From positions 1 to 64,000 of the forward strand of contig JALAGF010003801.1 of the NCBI GenBank assembly GCA_030167865.1: a stretch of DNA of 64,000 nucleotides, written 5' to 3'. Shown here piece by piece: positions 1 to 12,600 of the stretch; the first letter of the stretch is position 1; each line of letters begins with the position of its first letter. The notes beneath the pieces were generated by a model. That model did not search any database and was not told the DNA's origin. It saw only the letters and a list, made by a program, of their open reading frames with translations. The stretch is from Craspedostauros australis (taxonomy: Eukaryota). Made by a program: the position numbers and the translations under genes.

Positions 1-1056
1 GATTGTCTGGAGCAAGCAAGGAACATTAGTGCCCATGTCGTCTTGTTGCGGAATGAAAGAATCAAAGCAACGAACGTTCATCCATCATCATCTCTTCGGA
101 TTGTGCCGATCGTGTTCTGTGGCCAATCGTTTGCGTGTTTGTGTCCTCGCTTTTGGATACGAGTGGCGTGTCTTCGTACTTGGAACATGATGATGAAGCG
201 TTCTTTCTCACTCAGTCTGATCTAAGATCATCAGGGTGCTTGACTCAACATGCGGCACGGCTTTCGTGCCCACTCCTCACTTGAATCACAACTTTGGAAC
301 TCCTGTTGGTCCAAAGGCAAGCAAAAGCAGGAGCAAGAATCCCAACACCATCTTTCCATGGCAAGATCGAGCTTGGTGCTGTGGAAGACACAGACACCGC
401 TCTCTTGTTGTGCCAAACCACATGTTGATGTCCACCGACAACCTCCTCCTCATCTTCATCTTGATCTTTGTCCCCAGGATCGTCCGAAGTCTCGCTGACG
501 ACTTGGCGGCAGGTGTCTCCGACATCATTGCAAGCACTCTCGGTGGCACTCCAGCAGAACTCGTGGGAAACTCCACCCTTGCAGCAGTCATAGACGACAA
601 CAGTGAATAGTGGTGACTGCTGAAGATTGCAAGACCAAGGCAAACAGAAGCAAGCGCATCTTCAAGTCAGGAAAGGCCACGATCGTAGTCAAGAGCGATG
701 GCCCGTGCGAGTAGAGACATGATGGTAGAAGCCTTGGGTGAGCGACGAAGCTGGGGATCCTCCAACATGATGACACTGTATGCTCTACCTATCAAATGGC
801 AATGTTATCAATAGTAACGGAACCTCTCTAGAGAGAATCGAGCCGTTCGGAAGGCAAGTGCAGTCTCCGTCGCGGCCATGCCCTGCCACTCCGCTAGCAA
901 GACATGATCAGATACTCAAAGCCTTGTTTGGACATACTCTTACGTATGTGCGTATGAACGTCCAAATGTATGTGTGGTAGTCAAGATGTCTTAGTTTACC
1001 TCCATGCTGTCGACGAACAGAAGTGAGCAAGTCGATACCTGTTGGCAGCGCCCCTA

Positions 1057-2034
1057 CTAGTTCACCTGCTCCTTCAACACGCCGGAAGCCTTGAACTTGA
1101 TCCGTTGCTTCTCAGGGATCTTCATTTGGGCCATCGTCTGTGGGTTGGTGCCCATTCGCGCCTTGGATGTCTTTCTAGACAAGCTTCCGAACTTGGTGAG
1201 TCTGACAGTCCCGCCATCCACAATGGTCTTTTCATTGGTGTGATCAAGAAGCGTCGTGAGTACAGAACGGCAGAGAGAGAGAGAGAGAGAGTGGTGAGTT
1301 GTTGAGTGCAAGATGTGGCAAGGTGACTGTATCATCATCAGCAGAAGCAGCAACAGTGGTGACGCTATCTCGTCATTGGAATGACACATGCTGATGGGCG
1401 ATCATCAACACAACGGTCCCAGTCAATGATCCGATTTACGCGCGAAGTCAAGTACGAGGACTCATTGTTTGCTGCCAACAACCGATGAAGCGATGATACA
1501 ATGGATCAACCACAACCACGCATGCACACAGCTGTGGAACGAGCTACCATGAGATCACATGTTCATCCACTCGCCCAGTGCAATGCAATGCAACTCAGCC
1601 CAACCCGTCTCTGATGGATAGATGATGGATCGTGCCGTGCGAAACGAATGTGCGTGAACTGGAAGTGTAGAATCACCTCTACTCTAATATGCCACCTCCC
1701 ACCAGCCTGTGTGTGCGTATACACGCATCGATACATCCATGCATCTGCGCTTGTTGCGCTGACTGAGGTTCCTTACTTGTGTCATGAAGTCAACGATGGA
1801 ATCCACAATCCGCTTCGACTTTGCCTTGGAGAGTTCGTGTTCGGCGGCAACATGTTCAGCGATATTGATCTTGGTGATGAGATTGCTCTTGGACTTCGAT
1901 TTGGCTGCCATGAGCACGCTCTGCGTGCTGGAGAAGGGCCGCGCCATGGCCATCTTCATTGCGCTTGCGCTTGCTGCGCCATGCTGCATCTGCAACCGCC
2001 GCAGCACCATTCGAGACGAAGAAGACATCATCAT
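1057..2034 (-). CDS. Bacterial-type histone-like DNA-binding protein (HU/IHF family) with mitochondrial-type presequence; 2 exons, ~142 aa
   Basis: Exon1 2034-1777 (MMMSSSSRMVLRRLQ...ARPFSS...ITKINIAEHVAAEHELSKAKSKRIVDSIVDFMTQ), GTAAGG donor at 1776, AG acceptor at 1229-1228, exon2 1227-1057 (TIVDGGTVRLTKFGSLSRKTSKARMGTNPQTMAQMKIPEKQRIKFKASGVLKEQVN). The phase-0 join restores the HU pattern V-x-L-x-x-FG...AR-x-G-x-NP-x-T...I-P...FK. Confidence 0.9.
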
Positions 2035-2332
2035 GTTGCGTTCGAGTTTAGTTGTGCAAATGTGGTGGTTGTGTGTTCGAGAGATGATGTTGTGATTGTT
2101 GTGGTTGTTGTGGCTGTTGTGGCTGTTTTGTTTTGCTTTGTGCGGATCTTCTGAACTTCGTGTTGGTGGTCTTCTTCCGGGTTTCCGTCCGTTGCGCTTC
2201 ATCAACTTATCGAACGACAGGTAAATGGCGGTTAAACGGTGTCAAAGTTGAGATTCTATTACCCAGGCAAAAGTGGCGAAAGCCTGACACGTTCCCGAAA
2301 GTGGCGAAGTTCTCACGGACGTGACCATACCT

Positions 2333-2353
2333 GCTCTCTCTCTCTCTCTCTCT
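2333..2353. repeat. (CT)n microsatellite
   Basis: Direct run of ctctctct... Confidence 0.9.
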
Positions 2354-2453
2354 ACCAATAGAGTACTATTATTATCCGTACTCTCCTATTGCTAGGAACA
2401 TACTCTTCCTGTTACTCCTGCACTTCTCTCGAGCAGCACTACACGATCAATCA

Positions 2454-4013
2454 TCAAGCATGCTCGTTGACATGATCATGATCCGCAAGAGGCTCGTACT
2501 TGTAGTGAAAGAAGGACATCAGATCCTTGTCCAGCGCCTCCTGCGCGGCACGCAACTGGAAGTTGGGATAGTTGAGACGCCTCGTGGTGCTGTTGCCGTA
2601 CTTGATGATGGAGTTGAGCAACCCGTTCTCGCTGTCCGATAAATCGATGCCTTTGTTCTGATTGGCGCTGTTGGACGTGTGCACGAATCGACCATACGGC
2701 ATGAATTTGAAGTCCACGCACTCGCAGATCTTCTGAATGACATAACGTCCATGAAAGACCAGATCCTCCAAGCGTACTACAATACGCGGGAAGTCCGCCG
2801 TGCGCAAGTACTCCCGGTACCAGTCGTTCCACATGTGCGCCAAGGATCTGTACTTCACCTTGTAGTCTTCCATGTAGGCCACGTTGACGGGCATGTACTT
2901 CAGTTTGCCGTACCGCGCGTAGCCTCGGATGTCGTGCTGGTACGGCATGATGTTGGGACACAAGCTTTTGTTGTGCGCAAAGTGCGCGTTGTACGATTCC
3001 CTGCACATGGACTGCATCCACGTGTAGGGATCACGCACGACGACGATGGGAAGCACTGCCGTGTGATTGTACCTTTTGTATTGCGTCGCGTTGTGTTTGT
3101 GCCGCATGCCCGCTGGGAAGTGTTTGCCCCATGGCACTTGCCACAGGACTCCATGCGGCTTTTGTCTGTACTCCGGATTGATGCAGTTGGATTCGATGAG
3201 GGAGTGCAACAGGTTCGTACCCGAATTGAAGCTGCCCGCAACTGCGATCACCCGTCTCTTCATTTCCTTGATGTCACGGTATCGAGCGCAGTGCTCCTCC
3301 AATCCGTAAATGCGAGGCTCCGATCCGTACAGATCCATCACTTCGGACCATTTCGGTATCTGGCTCCATTTTTCCTGCGTGATGTTCGTCAGAGTTGAAT
3401 TAGCCGATCGCAGAATGTCGAGGATGGGCTCGATTTCCTTCTTCTTGTATTCATCGGCAGCGAGAGCAGCAGTGGCTGTGGCTGTGGTGGTGATGGCTGT
3501 GGTTATTGCAGATGATGAAGTGGTGCTGTCAGCAGTACTCGTGGTCGTTGTCGTTGGTGCAACAGGGGTTGTTGCTTCCGTCGTGGTCGAAGTGGTTGTA
3601 GTGGTGGTGGCAGTGGTGGTGGCAGTGGTGGTGGCAGTGGAGGAAGTAGTTGTGGTGCTCGTAGTGGTTGCTCTGGAAGTGGTGGTGGCCCTTCGTTTGA
3701 CTGTACTACGATTGTCTGACTTTGATCCCCCAGCGACCGCCTTTGGACTCGCACGTTGTGCTGCTCCTGTCGACTTCCCTGGTAACATCTGATGCTGCAT
3801 CTGATCCTGATCAAAATCAAGAGACGTGTGCAGATGCACAGCCGCCCAGAAGGTCATGGCCCAGGAAAGGAGCAGGAATGCCAATGACCACTTGAGGATC
3901 GTGCTCCATCTTCCCAATCGGACGGCACCAACAGAAAACGAGGATCTGCTGGCATGAGCGACGGTCGACGCCGATGCTTGCGTCAATTGTGATGCGCGAT
4001 GAGGGATGGCCAT
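2454..4013 (-). CDS. Type II membrane sulfotransferase-like protein with Thr-rich stalk
   Basis: 519-aa ORF. N-terminal TM (WSLAFLLLSWAMTFWAAV), Thr/Ser-rich linker, PAPS-binding-like motifs VAGSFNSGTNLL and VVVRDPYTWMQS, plus VRLEDLV. Confidence 0.75.
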   Translation of the reverse strand: MAIPHRASQLTQASASTVAHASRSSFSVGAVRLGRWSTILKWSLAFLLLSWAMTFWAAVHLHTSLDFDQDQMQHQMLPGKSTGAAQRASPKAVAGGSKSDNRSTVKRRATTTSRATTTSTTTTSSTATTTATTTATTTTTTSTTTEATTPVAPTTTTTSTADSTTSSSAITTAITTTATATAALAADEYKKKEIEPILDILRSANSTLTNITQEKWSQIPKWSEVMDLYGSEPRIYGLEEHCARYRDIKEMKRRVIAVAGSFNSGTNLLHSLIESNCINPEYRQKPHGVLWQVPWGKHFPAGMRHKHNATQYKRYNHTAVLPIVVVRDPYTWMQSMCRESYNAHFAHNKSLCPNIMPYQHDIRGYARYGKLKYMPVNVAYMEDYKVKYRSLAHMWNDWYREYLRTADFPRIVVRLEDLVFHGRYVIQKICECVDFKFMPYGRFVHTSNSANQNKGIDLSDSENGLLNSIIKYGNSTTRRLNYPNFQLRAAQEALDKDLMSFFHYKYEPLADHDHVNEHA

Positions 4014-4100
4014 GGCTTCGACATCTCCCCGTGCATAGGTGTGTGCGTGTATGAGAATAGCAATGAGGGTGGAATGGGTGCACGAGCAAGACTTGGTTGC

Positions 4101-4154
4101 TTGGTGTTGGTGTTGGTGTTGGTGTTGGTGTTGGTGTTGGTGTTGGTGTTGGTG
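4101..4154. repeat. (TTGGTG)n hexanucleotide repeat upstream of the sulfotransferase gene
   Basis: About 9 tandem ttggtg units. Confidence 0.9.
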
Positions 4155-6624
4155 CTGTTCCTCTCGTGCGGAGATGTGGTCACGGTTTGTTGGCGTGTGA
4201 CCACAATTGGTGTTGTGGTCATTGGCAGGATTGGATTGTCAATGTGAGTCCCTAATTGGATTCTAGCCAACATCTGTAGTCTAGAAAGAAAAGATACCTT
4301 TGTTGCCAAAGACCAAAAAACTTTTGGCGAGCGAGAAAGGCTTCTGTCGCGCGTGGCAGACAACAATCCAACAGAACAAAAATGGACACGAACATCGCCG
4401 ACCTCCTCAAACACGCACGCATGTGCTCATCGCACTAGTGTTGGCACAACCACCAGGATGGATCGCTCTGGATAGGATGCTCTGTAGTCGTACCATACGG
4501 CTGATGCGGTGGGTCATGGTTGCTGGTTATTCGCAGCGTGGAGTATTATCCTATCCAATAAATCCTCTCTCTGCTCGTAGTGATGCGGTGTTTGGAAGGA
4601 AGCTCTTGGAGGACAGTCTCTCTCATCCGTCATCCCCAACCTGTGTCTCTGTCCCTTTGCTTTGCTCTGCGAGGATGACATGTTCTCCGCTCTGCCTGGA
4701 GAGTCGGAGCCTCCGACGTCGCCATCACGTTCGCAGCTTTCGTTTTCGCATCCCCAGAGACAGGTATAAGTGTTGATCAACACGTTTGGAAGCAACACCG
4801 CCATCAGCGTCATCGTCATCATCATCGTTGTCAACGGAGCGAAGACTCTCTGTCTGGTCGTGATCTATTCCAGGCGAAGCATCGGAGTTGCAACCACATC
4901 CATGCCACCAGTTGGAAGAATCCTGACGCCGTTGTTCCTTTTTTGGCCAACGGAAGCTGTTGGCTTTCACTGCATTGGCCATCACGATCCGCGTTCACAA
5001 GATTGTTCGTTCTGGTTTTGAGAAATCACTCTTGCGCTTTTCCGGCCTTGCCGTTGTTGCAGTGGGGAAACTTCGGTGATCGCCAAATTTTCGTGCCGAC
5101 GCGTAAATCAACATCAACGGTTGGGCTGTATCGGGCCTTCGCCTGTGGTGATCTTGACATGGTGCGCGATGTCGAGCGTGCAGAGGACATTGTTGTGATG
5201 GCGTATCCTATTCTGTTGTCTTCTGCCGTTTGGTGCAGGGCAGCATTCCTTGGCTCTCTCTTCGGATAGAGAGCAAAGTATGCAGATTAATGTAGAGTAT
5301 TGCAGTAGTGTAGGACTGGTCGAACGTTGTTGGTGTGTTACGAGCAGATCGTCGCGTAGGCGACACTACTCGTGCGCTACTCAACTGCCACCGTCGCTGC
5401 TACCTCCTTCATCGTCACCCCTTCGTCCCGAACGCAAACATGCACATGAAGATACACGAAACAGAAACGAGACATGCGCATGCCAAATACAGATGGTCCG
5501 TATGTGCACCTTTGCGTACGGGAACCAAGTCTCCCCACCAAGCAATCTTCCTTGTTTGTTCGTATCCTTTGGTCGCCTGCTGATTTCGATTGCTAATTCG
5601 GCTTCGCCTCATCTGTGTGTTGGTTGTTTCTGGATCGATCCAATGCAAGGGACAACTTGAAGCAACACGAATTGAAGGTTGGGCCAATCGTTTTGGATCC
5701 TTCGATGGAAGGGTTGGAGGTTGTCGTGCAGGAGTCGTTGGACGAAGGGCAGCGCACTCGGATCTGAAACGTGAGGGTGATGGCTGTCCAAGATTGAGGG
5801 ATCGTGGCACCACCTCTCTTCGGAATGCAAGATACAAGTCCCGGGTTGGGTGATTCTTATGGTCCACCGGCGTGCTTCTTCTAAGTACCGAAAATGATAT
5901 ATTCATGCTTGTATTTTGCATTTATCGACGAATGTTAAGTATCCATGTCTTTCGTCGGTTTGTTTCCGTTGGGAAAAACTCGCAGATCGGCAGCGCACAA
6001 TTTTTCGCCCAAGGAATCAACTTCTCGTAAGTGCCAGAGTCACAGGGTTGTGCGGTATACGTAAAACTGTAGCGTTGCGTACTGTACCACGAACAGTGGC
6101 ACGGTGCGGATGCGTCTCGGAGCAAGCATGGCACGAGCGTGTACAGGTGTGGTACACGTGTACGCCCTTGTATTTTCCGTCTTCTTGTCAGTGGCAGAAG
6201 CCGGAAGAGCGACGACACTGGCAACTCCAACAGTGACACTTATTGAAAGGCGCGAGTTCGAGGCGCAGTGGTGCAAGAAGAGTGAACACAAGAGTGAGGC
6301 CCATCTCCCTCCACCTCCACTTCCTCTAACTCACTGAGTGCGCGGAACACACACATACAAACCCCACGAGCCTCACAAAGCACACAAACACCAATACTCC
6401 GTGGCAGTCGCTCTCCTTTCCTTCCTCCCTCCACCCCTTTGCTCTGCTCTTTCCACATGAACCTGCGACAACAACAAATTCCCACAACATCATCAGTTCA
6501 CAAAAACCAAACTCCCTCCAACTCAACAACATTCTGCAGCAATAGCAACAGTCTTACCAACAGTATTGCCAGCACCAACAATCACACAGTACAGCACAAT
6601 ACAGCACAGCATAACACAGCAACC

Positions 6625-7818
6625 ATGCCAAAGATCGAGTTCTCACCACTCACGTGCGCCGATTCACGCACGCACAGCAGCAGCACCATCTCCTCCACAT
6701 CGTACTCTGTGGATGCCACCCCCGAGTGCGGCTCCAGCCCATCGTCGTCGCCGTCGATGCCTGCCGCCAACGCATCAGACGACACAGAGCTGGTGCTGGA
6801 TCAGCTATCCATGATCCTGCACGCGGAGATGTCGTACCACGTGCCCAGCATCGAGTGCAGAGCCACGCACATCGAGGACGACCGCATTCCGTACGGCGAA
6901 TGGCGAAGGAAGATCTGCCAATGGTCCTTCAAGGTCATCGACCACTTCCGCCTCGACCGCAGCGTCGTCAGCTGCGCCATGAACCTCTTCGACCGCTACC
7001 TCGCGCTGTCCACCAAGTCCTACAACATGGACACCTGCCCTTGCCCGGCCTGCCAGCGATCCGTCGACAGCCGCACCTTCCAACTCACAGCCATGACCTC
7101 CCTCTACATCGCCATGAAGCTCAACTCCGAGAACGGCTGCGACGCCGTCGCCGGCTCCAGGCGGCTGAGGCTGCACTCCTTCGTCGATCTGTCGAGGGGA
7201 CAGTTCACGGGCAGCGACATCCTCGCCATGGAGCGCGTCATGCTGGCGGAGCTCAGGTGGAAGGTGCACCCGCCGACCCCGATGAGCGTCGTCTCCTACC
7301 TGCTCAGGCTCATGCCGCAGGCCCACGCCGTGCCCCACACCTGCCGTCAGAGCTACGATCTGGTGCTGCACGTCCTGCACGAGCTGGCCAGGTACCTCAC
7401 CGAGCTGTCCGTCTGCCTCGGCAGCGCATGCAGCTCGTACTCGCCGTCGCAGGTGGCCTACAGCGCCATCCTCGTCTCCATGGACCTCCTCACCGACATG
7501 GCCCTGCCGCGGCAGGTCCGCGATACCTTCAACGCCGGTGTCGTCGCGCTGTCGGCGTCCGGCAACGGCACCATCCTCACGCCTCACGACGAGGCCGTCC
7601 AATCCCTCATGCACAAGCTGCGCAACTCCTTCTGGCCAGAGATGCTCATGGATGATTGCGAGGCCACCGATCTGGGCCATCCCATCTCCATGGCGCGCGA
7701 CTTTGGTCTCCTCGAGATCGGCACCTGCAAGCCGACCGCTTGGCATCCCAGCCCCAAGTCGGTCCTCGACGATCCGCAGGTCTCGCCTACTTCTGTTTCA
7801 CGCGGAACCAGAGTGTAG
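6625..7818 (+). CDS. Cyclin (diatom-specific-cyclin type)
   Basis: ATG in aaccATG context at 6625. Cyclin box WRRKICQWSFKVIDHFRLDRSVVSCAMNLFDRYL...FQLTAMTSLYIAMKL...LSRGQF...ILAMERVMLAELRWKVHPPTP; C-terminal fold ARYLTELSVC...PSQVAYSAIL. Confidence 0.93.
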   Translation: MPKIEFSPLTCADSRTHSSSTISSTSYSVDATPECGSSPSSSPSMPAANASDDTELVLDQLSMILHAEMSYHVPSIECRATHIEDDRIPYGEWRRKICQWSFKVIDHFRLDRSVVSCAMNLFDRYLALSTKSYNMDTCPCPACQRSVDSRTFQLTAMTSLYIAMKLNSENGCDAVAGSRRLRLHSFVDLSRGQFTGSDILAMERVMLAELRWKVHPPTPMSVVSYLLRLMPQAHAVPHTCRQSYDLVLHVLHELARYLTELSVCLGSACSSYSPSQVAYSAILVSMDLLTDMALPRQVRDTFNAGVVALSASGNGTILTPHDEAVQSLMHKLRNSFWPEMLMDDCEATDLGHPISMARDFGLLEIGTCKPTAWHPSPKSVLDDPQVSPTSVSRGTRV

Positions 7819-9451
7819 AGGAAGAGGAGACAAATGCACGCACGCACTACAGAGTGCGGGTATAGCATCGTATCATATCATACCATACATGCTTACTCCA
7901 CATACCCGCACCATACATGTCATCGGCGGATGGGGATCAACGATGTCACACATCGAACGTCCACCCACCGATCTATCAATACGTCAACGACAGCTTGTAA
8001 AAAGCTGACCGTCCAATGCACACACACATACTTACGGGCAACTGCCACTGGCTGCTTCGGTGCTACACCAGCAATACTCACACGCAAACACACAAGCAAC
8101 ACAAACACAAACAACCCCTACTTGTACAACCTCCATACCCCACACATACTACATGTACGATACATCACAATCAACATGGGCTCCCAGTCCAAACTATGTC
8201 AACATGCGCTGACGCTGAAGTCATGCATGTATGCAGGAATGCTCTCCCACAGGCACAGCATCCAATCAATGTTAATTCACATCACTTGATGATGACAACC
8301 CAACTAGACAACCCGAACAAAATAGATGACAATCCAACTCCGGCTCATTCCACCCTTCTTGTTGTTGTCCCACATGCGCATGCGAATTAGTCGACATCAC
8401 ATGTTGGATGTGAGAAACCTCCAAACAATTAGCGCGCTCATCATCGGCATTCACCCCACAGACACAGACCGCAACTGACCCGGACAACGCGCCCACGTGT
8501 TCATCCTCGGTTTTTATTGTTCACATCCCTTCCCCCACTCACAAGAGAGAGAGAACAATTCTTCGTCCGCAGCCAATGAGGTGGGAAATTTGGACATTGA
8601 AGGAAAGCGAACCAACCGTGTTCGGCACCAACCCCTCTGTCGTCGACATCATCGTCTCTGTCTCCATGGGCATGGCAATTATGGTAATGCCGTGGTCCTA
8701 CTCTTTATGATAGCCACCAACCAACCGGCTATCGTCGTCGTCGTCATCGTCATTCCGCTTTTTGTCCATGTCGTGGACCAGTAGACCATCAACCTACTCG
8801 CCCGAACACGACGATACCACGCCACCACACCATACGGCACGGTGAGATGCTCGTCATGACCTTGAAGGACATGACGCAACCCAGCAAACAAATCCGAACG
8901 AATGCAAAACCACACATCCACAGATACGGCATGCAACTACGCCCGCTGACGATTGCCGGAATTATCCCCATCTTGTCATCGCGATGGACAGCGTTCCAAA
9001 ATTGTGGCAGTTCCTCATTTTTTCATCGACCGGCGAAGCGAACGGATATCCCATTCGTGTCTTCATTGGCTCAACAGCGTTGGGTGTCCGTTTGATTGGC
9101 ATCCATGTGACACACATCGTGTGGTTTGGCGAGCATGTCTATACGACGTGAAGGAGACGTCGTATGTGACATGTATCATAAATAGCCAATCATGAACGTC
9201 TCAACAGAAGTGGCGTGACACACAACATCTGCTGCCGCCTGTTCGCGAAGCATTTTGGATTCGGTCGGTGATGTCTTTGTGACGGCTGTCGCGGAAGGCG
9301 TTCTCATTCTGCGCTCTTTGCTGTGTGAAGGATACGAACACGACATCGACAGAGAGAAGAGACGAACATGCGATGGTGCCAACCAACCGCTGTCAGCGAA
9401 TCCGCCCAAGTGGATGCTTGTGAAGGTCATCGTCTCTCTCACCAGTCAGCG

Positions 9452-9518
9452 AATTCAATTCAAGTATTTCAATTCAAGTAATTCGATTCAAGTAATTCGA
9501 TTCAATTCAGTTCGATCC
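9452..9518. repeat. Short degenerate tandem repeat (aattcgattcaagt-like units)
   Basis: aattcaattcaagtatttcaattcaagtaattcgattcaagtaattcgattcaattcagttcgatcc. Confidence 0.6.
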
Positions 9519-9658
9519 ATCAATCCGTTGACCTGCTCACAGACCAATCGATCGACCATCCATTCATCCATTGCTTCCCATCACCAGAGTCCGTAGAGTG
9601 GAAAGAAAGGCATTGACCATCAGTATTGACTGACCAGTCCGTATAGTATTGGTGAGAC

Positions 9659-12600
9659 ATGAGATACGCAACCACCATCATCCCCGCGAAGGCGCTGGGG
9701 ATCATCCTGCTGATTGCTGCATCCACCACGGTCCCTCTGCTGGTCGAATCCTTCCTTTTGGACCATCATCAGCCCAACACCAACCATCGTCGCCATCACG
9801 GCTACAGCTACGGCTATTTTTCCCAGCAACGAGTTGCCACGGGCACCCAGAATGGCACACCAATACAGCATGTGCAGCATGCTGGTGCTCGCAGCAATCC
9901 ATCCTCGACTGCACGACATGTGCTGCTTTCGAACTTCTTGGTCACGTGGAAGTTCCCCAAAACGAAGGAGGATGACGATGACGATGGCAACGGCGGCAGC
10001 GGTGAGAAGAAGAAGGGTTCGGGTGTGCCATCGGGCGATTACATGAGCGCCCTGGAGCAATCCAGCCAGGAGCCAGCAACGTGGGATCAGGACACGACGA
10101 CCATGCTGCAGGAGCAGGACAAGGAGGTGCCGGCGCCCTTCCCGCCTCCGCAGGCCTTCGATGCCACGCCGTTCGAATCGGTGGATGCGAACGGGCGAGT
10201 GCAGGCACCGACAGATCCACCTCAGCGGGAGCAGTTGCTGCAGCAGGAGCAGGAGCAGCAACATCAAGCGCAAGAGATGGAGCTGCAGCATCAACAGCTG
10301 GAGCTGCAGCGACAGAAGCATCTGCAGCAGCAACAGTTGGAGCTGCAGCGCCAACAGCAACGCGAGCAGCAGCAGCTGGAGCGGGAGCGACAAGAACTGC
10401 TGCAACGACAGCTGGAGCAGCACCAACCACAGGTTCCGCTTGGGCAGAGCGAAGCTGATGCTGGGAGCGCCAACAGCGATAGCAACGGCAGCAACCAGGC
10501 ATGGCCGCAACCGGATCAGCCAACGACCCCGCCACAACCACCAGGCAGGAGAGAGGTGCCCAACATCCTGGCCAATACTCCAAACGCCAACGGCAATCAA
10601 ATTGGAGAGATTCGAAGACAAGCCCCACGGTACCCGGTGAGAACTCCGCGCCAGAACCCTTATCACACGAAGAAACCCACCCGAGATGATATGTTCCATA
10701 CTCAGACGATCCCCTTTGGCTACAATGCGAGACCTCCAATGGGGAACCAACCACCCAATCAAGGCAACGCTACTCCTAACCCCGCTCGTGGGGGTACGGA
10801 CATGCAAGTGCAGGGAGCAGTACCGCCGGTCGCACCTGAGCCGGACGTCGCCGTCCCGCCACAGCAGCAGCAGCCCATGGTGGACGAAAGTGCTGTATCG
10901 CCAGCCGGTAAGTTGGAACGCAGACTTCATATCAGCTCATACTCACGTTGCAGCGCAGTGTAGTGCAGTGACGTGACGTGCAGTGTCGTCTATCTTCATG
11001 ATGACAGCATTCGGCACATCAACCACAACCCAGCCACGTGCGCTACATACTTGACTTTACAATTGCTCACGCAAACGCGAGCGTCATTCTTTCGAATTGA
11101 AATCATGTCCTCTGTTCCCCTCTTCATCTCAACACACATGCATAACATCACCATGCATTCCCTTCTTCCGGCACGCACCGGACAGCAAGTCAACATGAAC
11201 TGACATACGACAACATCGACGACCCAACTGAATCATCCGAGGCCAAGGTCCTGGAATCAACGGGCTTCAGTTTTGATTCTGTTGCTGGCGACCAAGGCGA
11301 CGAAGGGGAAGAACATGATGCCGGGGATGGAATGCCATTCTTCATGCAACCAGCTGCGCAAGAGGCATTCCATCGATCATATCCATCGTATCGTGAGGAT
11401 GCCGATGGAGAACCAGACGCAGCCTCGACAACATCGAAGGCCGCAGCTAGCCACATCACCCCCTCCCCACCTCCCTTTGAGTATGACACATCTGACGATG
11501 AGGACGCCAACGAGGAATCTGAAACAGCGAAAGCATCAGATACGCACACATCTTCCGAAACAACGCCCGTCGCAACGACACCAGGGACACCATCAGCAAC
11601 GACACCAGCAGTGACATCGGGAACCGATGAAGAGCTCCCACCCGGCGCTGTCCGATCAAACGACAACCCAGAAGAAATCGAAGTCCCGACACCAACATCA
11701 GGACTGTACGAGGATGTCTCAGCCTTGAAGCATACCGTGTCAGCGTTGACGAAGGTCGTGTCAGCACTTTCCACTGATCTGTCACTCGTCGTCGTCCAAA
11801 CGCAAGAAGTGGCAGCCGCAGCGCAAACCCCGCCACCACCTCCGCCTCCAAGCAAGCTTGAGGAGAACTTCGGGAAAGTGCTGGAGAATCAGCTTGAGAT
11901 CACGAAGCAACTTGGCCTGTCCGTTGCGGAGCTGCGAGGCATTCAGGAGCAACAGGGGGAGTTCATCCAGATCATGGCCCAGAATGACATGGAGATGACC
12001 ACGATGCTGACCACTTTGCGCGATGACGTCGGCGAACTCAAAAGCAGCATGCTGGATTCGAAGCAGTATCAACTCTCACTTGCGCAGAGGCTCGAGACCT
12101 TGGAGGGACTCGTGCGCATGAATTCACAGCGAATCATTCAAACAGATGGGAACACGAGGCAGCTGGCCATCGCTATCAATGCGACTGCCACCAAGACAAA
12201 CAGCATTGAAGCGAAGCAGCAATTGTTAGCATCGTTGGCAACCGCGGCAGCAGCAGCGGCGGCAGCAGCCAAGGTTCCGGTGGCACCATCCAATGCATCC
12301 GCAACAGCAGCCACAACGACGACAAACACGACAAACACAACGAAGATGGTAGAAACTACAGAGACGACGGCATCATCTGAGGCAAAGGAAGCACCATCGA
12401 AACCAGCCGCGCCAAAGCGTGCGGCCACACCGCAAGCGTTGGAACTGATCAAGAAGAACAAGCTTGACATAGATGAGATTGAGGGTTCTGGGAATTTCGG
12501 ACGAATTGTGGTGGATGATGTGAATGATTTCTTGAAGACGAAAGAAACGGTCGGCGAAGAGGACGACAAGAATGACAAGCTTGCAGCAGCAGTTGACGCA

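Noticed and set aside
1-980. Several overlapping 60-130 aa ORFs; possible degraded gene or transposon fragment
   Set aside because: No recognisable domain, consistent frame or terminal repeats.
4101-4154. (TTGGTG)n as an interstitial telomere
   Set aside because: Does not match TTAGGG-type repeats; resembles the CA-rich leaders seen upstream of many genes here.
4300-6400. Short ORFs between the sulfotransferase and cyclin genes
   Set aside because: No family motifs or convincing splice model; treated as intergenic.
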